From Balanoglossus misakiensis (taxonomy: Eukaryota > Animalia > Hemichordata), in contig CM082588.2 in the NCBI GenBank assembly GCA_040954595.2, positions 7,422,744 to 7,486,743 on the forward strand: a stretch of 64,000 bases of DNA, written 5' to 3'. Of this stretch, positions 20,801 through 30,099 are shown one piece after another (position 1 is the first letter of the stretch; each line of letters starts with the position of its first letter). The translations under genes were made by a program, and so were the position numbers. The notes beneath the pieces were generated by a model, which was given only the letters and a program-made list of their open reading frames with translations, ran no database searches and was not told the origin of the DNA.

Positions 20801-23800
20801 CATCACATGAGAAAAATGTATTTAAAAAGGCCTGGTTCTGAATCTGGAATGACTACTTTTCTGAATAAAGCTTTTCTCTTGCTGCTGTTTCAGATGATAC
20901 GCCAACAAGTGAAACTCCCAAATCAAAACTGATACAACGGAAGAGGCCATTGATGCCAAGTAAGTACATGCACGGTTACTTCTAGTAACCGTGGTACATG
21001 TAAAAAAATTTCTTGTGTTGCAGTGTGCCATTTCATGATTTCAAGACGTAAAAGTATAACAAAGGATTGAGATTGCTATAAGCAAAGATTGCTTAGGATA
21101 ATTTTCATTTTTTATATATATATATTGATACAATAAGCAGTATAATCTCTACAACATTGTTCTGAGAGTCACTGGACTCCCTCGTCACAAAACGTTATAG
21201 AAATTATACTGCATATCATTTCTTTGGTTTTATCCTTCATTTGTTGCATTGTCATCTGTATTGATATTTTTTTTTAATTGCAATTTTCAATCGGAAGAAA
21301 ATATATTAATGTTATTAGAGAAAAATATTCATTTTTTAAAATAAATTATTCATTTGTAGCAAAATATTGATTAATTCGATTGTAGGATAGTCTGGCAGCA
21401 AAAATAATGAACTGGAAATTATTTCTGTTGAAATTCATACTTTACTGTTTATTCAATCTGAAGCTCTTCTTGGTGAAGTGAATCTGGAGTTTGAAGAAAA
21501 GAAGATGAAAGTGGAGACAGAACACAGGAGAATGGAACTTGAAGCAGAACATAAAAGGATGGAGCTAGAAGTAGAAAAGATGAAGATAGAAATGAGGAAA
21601 GAAAGCAAAAGGATGGAACTTGAAGCAGAACATAAAAGGATGGAGCTAGAAGTAGAAAAGATGGAGATAGAAATGAGGAAAGAAAACAAAAGAATGGAGC
21701 ATGAAACAGAGCACAAAAGGATGGAGCTTGCACTGAAAGAGCTAGAAATAGAAAAGATGAAGATGAAAGCAAAATTGAAAAGAGAGGCAGAACACGAACA
21801 AATTGAGCTGAAAGAGAAAGAGAAAGAAATTGAGATTAAGTTCAATCAGAAGGAAAAGTTGCTGAAAGAAATAACAGAACTTTATGAATTTCAGAAAAAG
21901 AAAATCATGGATACAGATGGCCCAGATCTAATGGAAGAGCTAGATAAAGCCTATGAGGCATATAAAGCCAGGCTTGATGACGTTGTGTTCAAATCTTTAC
22001 GGTTCTTACTGAGTTTTCTTTCAGAGGAAGACATTGATTATTTCTGGCAGAAATACAATTCTGGAGAAGTTGAGGAAATGCTTAGTGGTATCCTAATAAC
22101 ATCCGAGATGAGATCCCTAGCAGAGAAGGCTGGATGTATTGTCAGAATCAGAATGAAGATAGACAAAGAGGAGTATGAGACTGTCAAACACATACTTCAT
22201 GGTGAGTATCTAAGTATGCACAATATTATAATGAAATTCATACCTTTCAATATACATGTACTAAAATATTTCCATTTCATAAGCAGACTTATACTAGATT
22301 AACTAGGATTTCATTTTTTTCTTGCAATATTTTCTAATGTTCTGATATAGTTGTGTCAGTGATATTTTGATTTGAAAAAGTTGTGTTGCTGGATGATACT
22401 TTGAGAAGACCGGCCAAACAACATTCTGTAAACCAGAATGTTTTGGGGACACGAAATGTTCAAGATATCAAAAGAGGCGCTTGATTAATTTTTGTGTTCT
22501 CGTAATGTCGTATTTCACTAACTGCATCGTTATCTCCGAAAACATTCTATTTTAAGCTTATTTGTCACATTTGTAGCACTTAGAGTCTTGGCCACAAATG
22601 ATGCACAAATTGTAGAATGTGTAGCAAAATCATGAAACAGCAGCCATTTAAATGCATGTGTGTTATTTGTCTGATTGCTAGAGTGTGAATAGAACTGAGT
22701 GGGTGACGTTACATTTCGTGATGTAAAAACACACATTGTTCTTTCACAAATATTTTTTCGCAACTTCTTATTTTCGCACTTTTTTGCGTTCTCGCGAAGT
22801 TCGCGAAAATTTATCTTTCATGAAAACTTTCCCAGTTTACAGTCTGTATTTAAGTGTGTATTTTGTGTATTAATTGGTATGTACCGGTAGTATAAATACA
22901 TTAAGAAAGAAATACATATTTTTTGTTTTATCAGATATGTCTGCTGTCTACACCATCCCTGAGAAGACCTGGGTGAGGACGATTACATATGATAAATGGG
23001 AGAGATATGTACTAGATCATGTCGAAGAGAACAGCCAAGCTAAGTTTTTGATACAGCAGTCCAGATTTCATCCAATTGTTGGTGAATTGAGGTCTGAAAA
23101 ATTTTTTTTTCCTTCTCTTGTATCCTACTGGTACGAGAATTGTTACACTTTACCATCAACTTTGACAGAGGCAACTGAATATGCAATTAGACACCATGTA
23201 GTGAAGTACTGTGAAGAAAATCAACTTAAGATAGAGAATGTTTGGGATGTGGTGCAGGTCAGACTTTATGAAATTGGGGAACAAGAATTTCTTAAATGTC
23301 AAAAAGGCACACTACTGCAAAAAGGCACAAAACTGCATTGTGCATTTGATACCTGTCATGAAGAGAAGTACTTCTTTAATTTGGTAAGAGAGAGCGGAGA
23401 AAGTTCACACACACACAGCTATCATTTCCTAAGTCAATATATATATTTTTATGCAGTCGCATTATATGTCAGAAAAACCAAAAACATATTTCTGAGACAA
23501 AATACAATTGAACATTTGGTGCAGTTCATGCCAGTTTCTCTACATTATGTGGCTGGTCTTTTTCATGAGGATGCAACATTTTTCTTCATAATACTCACAA
23601 ATTTTGTTATGAAGAAACAGCCAGTGACTTATAAATATTTTGAGCTACTTGGGGCTTGTCTTCTTGAAGCAAAATGTTCAGATAAATTTACACACATTTT
23701 TCAGCATTTGTTAAAACCCCAGACATTGGAACTGTCAGAACATGATTTAAATAGAGTCTCTCTGAAAAGTTTGCAAGCTGTATCATTTATTATAGAAAAG

Positions 23801-26800
23801 TCTTCTGTTCTACAGAATATCAATTTGATAAGTCATACAGAAAGTGCAAACCTTTCAGAGGCATTCCAGAAACACCTGAGTGTCATTATTGAAAATCCAT
23901 CATCAGCTGTCAAATTTCAAGTTAGAAACCCAACTGATTTGACTGTGGTCACTAGATATATCACATTCCATCAACTGCTTATGGCTCACTCACATAAATC
24001 TGTCATAGGTCACAGTCAGATCAGTGTGATGGATGTAACTATTGAAACAGTTGATGAAAACTTTAAGGAAGACGATCATGAAATAAGACGAGCGCTTGTC
24101 AAAGCACTGGGATCACTGCCTCTGCTGAAATCACTCCATTTCACTGGATTTAATGAAGTATTTATCACAAAAGTTTTAGAAATGATGGTATATGAAAATG
24201 TGTCATTGAAAGTAAGGAAGTTGGAGTTGCCACATAATGATTTAGAATACACCTTTATTGACATACTGTTGAGAAGTGTCAACTGTTTTCCATTTCTGAA
24301 GGATATAGATGTCTCAAACAACAAGTTAGGTTCCATTGGATGTGTAGCTTTGTTACCATTGGCTGGTGAAATCAATGTTCTGTTGGAGAATAATGGTGTG
24401 GAAGAAAGTCTTGAAAGGTTGTTAGAGTGTGAGCAGATTGCTAACAAGGTTGGAGATTTCAAATCACATGTGATACATTTCAAAACTGTTGTGGACATTT
24501 TCAATTTGCAGAAACAAGGAAACTTTGTAGAACAAATGTGTGTGTCAAGTTTATCTTCTGACATTACCAGTTTGCTATGTTTCAATTTGGTTTTCTTCAA
24601 GAACTTAAAAGATCTAGTTATTACTGAGTCTGGTTTCACTACTGATAGTGCTAAATTGGTTGCTGACAGTTTTGAGCATCTGTTGTCTTTGAGGCGTTTA
24701 GATGTCAGTTCAAATAACATGGGAGATAATGCCATTGAGTACATATGTAGTAAGCTGCATATATTGAAACATCTCTCTGATGTTAATTTTAGTAACAATA
24801 GTATCAGTTTGAGAGGAATAGATTCTTTATTGAACATTGTGGAACATAATCAACGACAAATTGTAAATGTTGCTGGCAATGACATCAGACACCTCAAGTA
24901 CATCCTACAATATGTTCCTGTGATTTGGTGGCCATTGTACCATAATATCTACCATAATATCAATTTTGATGATGACAGCCTTACTTTAGATAAGGTGGTA
25001 CATGTATTTACCATGGATATTGAGACGGTATTTGAAATTATATCAATCAGGAAGCAGTGGAATAAGACTGATTTTGAAAACTTCTGTAAAGGATTAAGTA
25101 TTCTTTCATGTGTGAACATTCTGAACCTTAGTAGTGGTCATTTTGGAGATGCTGGTGCAGAGAGTTTGAGTAAAGGGATGAAAAATATGACTGGGCTGTG
25201 TTACTTGTATCTTGGTCATAATAACATTGGAGATGCCGGTGTTGAGAGTTTGAGTAAAGGGATGAAGAACATGATTTGGCTGCAACAACTGGATCTTAGT
25301 CATAATAACATTGGGGATGTTGGTGCAGCTAGTTTATTTAAAGGGAAGGAGAATATGACTAAGCTGAGACACCTTGATCTTAGTCATAATAACATTGGAG
25401 ATGTTGGTGCAGTGAGTTTAAGTAAAGTGATGGAGGAAATGACTGAGCTGTGGCATTTGGATCTTAGTCATAATAACATTGGCGATGTTGGTATGGAGAG
25501 TTTAAGTGAAGTTATGGAGAATATAACTGAGCTGAGACACCTTGATCTTAGTCATAATAACATTGGAGATGTTGGTGCAGAGAGTTTAAGTAAAGTGATG
25601 GAGAAAATGACTGAGCTGTGGCATTTGGATCTTAGTCATAATAACTTTGGCGATGTTGGTATGGAGAGTTTAAGTGAAGTTATGGAGAATATAACTGAGC
25701 TGAGACACCTTAATTTTAGTCATAATAACATTGGAGATGTTGGTGCAGAGGGGTTAAGTAAAATGATGAAGAAAATGACTGAGCTGGAAGACTTGGATCT
25801 CAGTCATAATAACATTGGGGATGTTGGTGCAGAGAGTTTAAGAACAGTTATGGAGAATAAGACTTGGCTGCAACACCTGGATCTTAGTCATAATAACATT
25901 GGTGATGTTGGTGCAGAGAGTTTAAGTAAAGGGATGGAGAGTATGACTGAACTGGGACACCTGGATCTTAGTCATAGTAAAATTGGATATGTTGGTGCAG
26001 AGAGTTTAAGAACAGTTATGGAAAATATGACTGAACTGGGACACCTGGATCTTAGTCATAGTAAAATTGGATATGTTGGTGCAGAGAGTTTAAGTAAAGG
26101 GATGGAGAATATGACTGGACTGTGGCATGTCGATCTTAGTCATAATAACATTGGGGATGTTGGTGCAGAGAGTTTAAGTAAAGTTATGGCGAATATGACT
26201 GAACTGAGACACCTGAATCTTAGTCATAGTAAAATTGGATATGTTGGTGCAGAGAGTTTAAGTAAAGGGATGGAGAATATGACTGGACTGTGGCATGTCG
26301 ATCTTAGTCATAATAACATTGGGGATGTTGGTGCAGAGAGTTTAAGTAAAGTTATGGCGAATATGACTGAACTGAGACACCTGAATCTTAGTCATAGTCA
26401 AATTGGAGATGATGGTGTAGAGAGTTTAAGTAAAAATGTGAAGAATATGACTTTGCTGGAATACCTGTATCTTAGTCATAATAGCATTGGAAATCTTGGT
26501 GCAGAGAGTTTAAGCAGAGGGTTATGGAAACTGAGCCAATTAGAATATCTTGACTTGCATCATAATACCATTACAGACAGTGGTGCGATGTACTTAAAGT
26601 CTGTTGTAGAATCTTTAAAACGATCACCTTATATTGCTTTAAGTCATAATGATATTCATGATTTGCCAGATCATTTGGATGAAAAGAATATTGCTGAATC
26701 AGATTCCCATACAGCAGTTTATGCTACGGGCATATTACAAAGATTTGGTGAACGACATGCCAGTACAGGTCATTTGTCAGTATTCAGTGACTATGGGAGT

Positions 26801-26836
26801 ATTCAGTCGAGTGAACTTAGCAGTGTAAAGTGCTAG
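16957..26836 (+). CDS. NLR-like multidomain immune protein (~2214 aa): DED - GT4-like glycosyltransferase - coiled coil - TRADD-N-like - NLR helical/winged-helix (no P-loop) - RI-type LRR
   Basis: Exons 16957-17059, 17620-18048, 18506-18712, 19288-20487, 20894-20959, 21464-22201, 22935-26836 splice with GT-AG into one open frame (6645 nt). This model links the ORFs at 17634, 18562, 19269, 21478 and 22874. Confidence 0.8.
19288..20487 (+). other. GT-B fold / GT4-like glycosyltransferase domain (single 1200-bp exon)
   Basis: N-terminal IIFLAEKWSRVKDTVSALNCQLA and C-terminal FLQSNVCIIPPDEPFSMQGLRSIAAGLPVLV resemble the GT4 'D..v.PS..E.FG...lEA.a.G.PVi' signature. Confidence 0.75.
21490..21870 (+). 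repeat. Coding tandem repeat: E/K/M-rich heptad coiled coil (21-bp units, 84-bp duplication)
   Basis: RMELEAEHKRMELEVEKM(K/E)IEMRKE(S/N)K occurs twice with near-identical DNA 84 bp apart. Confidence 0.85.
21920..22201 (+). other. TRADD-N-like domain
   Basis: KSLRFLLSFLSEEDIDYFWQKYNSGEVEEMLSGILITSEM...VRIRMKIDKEEY matches, from recall, the 'GSl.f.l.c.s.e.L..lW..Y.SG.L...L...L.t......l.v.Id.eeY' pattern of invertebrate TRADD-like N domains. Confidence 0.6.
22426..22843. mobile_element. TACTGTAAAAC-family MITE, diverged and interrupted copy
   Basis: CTGTAAAC ... GTATTTCACTAACTGCATCGTTATCTC (shared with 12514-12540) ... TTCGCGAAAATTTAT ... TTTACAGT. Confidence 0.5.
25110..26620 (+). repeat. 18 tandem 84-bp (28-aa) RI-type LRR units
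   Basis: Consensus LxHLDLSHNNIGDVGAESLSKVMENMTE. Near-identical 168-bp doublets at 25441/25609 and 26101/26269. Confidence 0.95.
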
Positions 26837-27967
26837 TTGTCAGAGTTCATGTACCGGTAGTTCTGGTGGTGAAGAGTGATAATTTATAGGTGAATTATCC
26901 TTGGTAGAAGTGGAAGGCCAGTATGCAGTTTGATAACAGATATATGCCATAGAATTTATGGTTTTAACATTCGATGATTATTTCCACACACAGAATGCTA
27001 CATCATACTGGGGTGGAGGGGTGATCCTTTTCTTTTTTGTGTGTGATATATGGCTTGGTCTGATTCCCAGTCAGTGACTCACATATGCGTGCAAGGGATT
27101 TAGACTGGTAATGAGTGGCTCTGTTATTCTGAGTTCTGTCTCCCTTTGCTTTGCAAGTGGTGGTGTACACCGGTAGAGTCCAACTTGGTACTTTTAGATG
27201 ATATAATATTGTACCTTGCAATTGTTTCTTACTCAACATAGCCCAACATGATTGCACATACTTAGTGCGATCATATTATAACGTTCCTTGTGTCAACTTG
27301 TTTGACTATTAACTGTTGTTGTTGTTAAATTGACACACTTGCAATTTAGTCACATTTACATGATTCACAATTGTATTCACTATATGCTTTGTTCAGACTG
27401 TTCCAGGTGACCCTGCAAACTGATACATGTTTATCTTTTGCAGTTTTATGAAATGTGTTATCCTGATTTGACCACATAAAAAAGCACATTCTTGGCCTTC
27501 CAACAGGTGGTCGAGTGTTCATTTACAGAAAAAGATGCACTGGCAATCTTAAGTATCAGCCTGTACTCTAGCCATATCAACATGATCAATCATTCAGTAT
27601 CGTTACAATACTATAGTTACACACTACATGTGCTTTGCTTCATGCATTCATCACTCACCCTACTTACTTCCTGGATTATGTGCCAAGTCCCGCACAAAAA
27701 CAAACAAACGTAAATCTCACAACCCTTGCGATTCTATTATTTGATTTGCTGATTCCTACTCTCCATGGGACGACACTACCCCGATTGTAATCTCTCTTTA
27801 TATCTTTTCATATAGACTAGTTGGGCTCTAATTGAAATTCAACAGGCTCATCAACAGAACAAAGATGGCCAATATTGACAAAGATGGCATATGTTGCCAA
27901 TTATGCCTCTACACTTGACAGATAATGTTATTCCATATTGTTATGAATATTGCATCATAGTTCAAAG

Positions 27968-28179
27968 TACTGTAAAACACGTTATTTTCGCGAGCAATAA
28001 ATTTTCGCGAAATACGCGAGAGCCAAAATAGCGTGAAAATAAAAAGTCGCGTAAATTTATTTTGAAGATAACGATGCAGTGAATGAAATAAGAGAACGCG
28101 AAAATTAATACTCGCGAAACAGTGGCCTCTCTCGATATCGCGAACATTTTGACTCGCGAAAATAAAGTGTTTTACTAGT
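27968..28179. mobile_element. TACTGTAAAAC-family MITE, best-preserved copy
   Basis: TACTGTAAAACACGTTATTTTCGCGAG ... CTCGCGAAAATAAAGTGTTTTACTAGTA TIRs, with multiple internal CGCGAAA motifs. Confidence 0.8.
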
Positions 28180-28789
28180 ATATTACCCTGAGTTCAAGAG
28201 CCCTTTTTTGATTATTAGATTTAAAATAGTTCATTTCATTTCATCGATCTCAGCAAACACTGTACACTGAAATACCCCACTGTGACTTTCACTCCAAACT
28301 GATATTGCAAAACTTTGTTTAGAATGACCAAAATCAGACCACAAAACAAAACCTGACATTACCAATCAATGGGAACTGTGTCATCCACAATGAATTGATT
28401 TTATTCCTTATTTTAAGAGAGAATAATGTAAAGTTGTCTTGAGTAAAATGTAAATAAGGTTTAAAACTTTTATTTTTGAGATCTGTTTTTGTGCACTATA
28501 AATGTGTATCCATGCATTGTGTGAAAAATGTAACATAACTTTGTTCATATTTCTATTTTTGTAGAATGAGAATAAACTGACTATTTCACTGGACAAAAAT
28601 AATTTGTGGGTGTTTTTCTTACATTCATAATAAAGTTTACCGGAACACTTAGGCTCTTAATGATTCATCTTGTAAAAATGTTAATTTTGATGATCCCATG
28701 AACAATTTCAACAGGATCACCTTCCCAAGACCCTCTTTCTGGAGTGTCCAACGGAAGAAGCAGAGGGGTCTGGGTAACCGAGACTAACC

Positions 28790-29038
28790 AGGGAGAGTGT
28801 CATAGAAAACAAAATATTTTTAAATAACAACTCTTGAGGGCTCTCTTCACTACAAAATGAAATTCAGCAGTCCAAAATATTGAATAATTTTCTTGCTGAA
28901 TTATTTGGTTTTTATTCGACCAATACAGTACAGTAGGATTGCATCTTTCAAGGTCAAAGCAAGGTTATCTGAACAGAAAAAAACTGTAATCAGCAGTAAA
29001 GAAAATTACTAATTAGAAAGTGACCATTTCCGGGGATC
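28790..29038 (-). repeat. Interspersed repeat; right member of the inverted pair with 6388-6668
   Basis: GTGTCATAGAAAACAAAATATTTTTAAATAA...AAAATGAAATTCAGCAGTCCAAAATATTGA...CAAAGCAAGGTTATCTGAACAG...GTAAAGAAAATTACTAATTAGAAAGTGAC. Confidence 0.85.
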
Positions 29039-29382
29039 AATAATATGCAACTCAAACAAAAGTTCAAAAACTCAGCTTCCAGAATATATATGTTTTGTGG
29101 GGGTTTTAACGTGGGCTCGAGGAAAGCCAAAATTCATGGGCTCGGAAGCCTCGCCCATGAATTTTTGGCTTTCCCTTCGCCCTTGCCCATAAACAAACGT
29201 TAATGGTCAGGGCGTCGTCCATTATTTCTATAATATATCTCCGTCATTGTTAAAAGAAAAGACATCTTCTGGGGTACTTGTGAGTCATCTTGGGTAACAT
29301 AGGATAATGATCAACGATGCAATTTCGGAGACACCCGATTCTTTAAATTTTCGTGATCTTGAAGAAGATTATTGGGCTAAAC

Positions 29383-29826
29383 TCAATTACCCTGAAACGA
29401 GAAAAAAAAATACTGCAAGATATCATATGCATCATTGGTTGAGCAACATTCTTAGATACCAAATGATTATCCGTAAACCCTATCAGTCGGTTAGCAATTT
29501 AAAACTGGTTCGACCAAATTTAGCATAATTATAATTATGTTACCTTTTTGCTAGCTTCTGTGAGACTTAGTTATTAGGTTATGACTGTAGCAATGGGTGC
29601 TAGCCAGATATATGTAAATATATGTCGAGGAAGCGGGAGATAGGCTACACCAGGTCGAACATACATGTATGAACATATAAGCTAAGACGTTACAACTAGT
29701 TACATGTAAAATGACACCATTTTAGTCAGACATAGTTGTGGTGTTATAGGACTCAGTCTTTCCCAGTGCTTACCACAGGGTATAGAAGAATGAATCGTGT
29801 TGTTGTTGCTGTGTTGTTGTTGTTGT

Positions 29827-29905
<79 letters not shown>

Positions 29906-30033
29906 AAAAAAAATTGTTTAAATCAATGTGTCATTTCTTGCTATTGTTTGTTGATGTTGTAGATAACTGTAAAGAACACCATATCGACAAACAATAGCAA
30001 GAAATGAAACATTGATTTAAAAAAAAATCATCC

Positions 30034-30099
<66 letters not shown>

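Noticed and set aside
21449-21845. Ser/Phe/Leu-rich minus-strand ORFs; also 24076-24837 and 19284-20125 on the minus strand
   Set aside because: Antisense shadows of the coding exons of the NLR-like gene.
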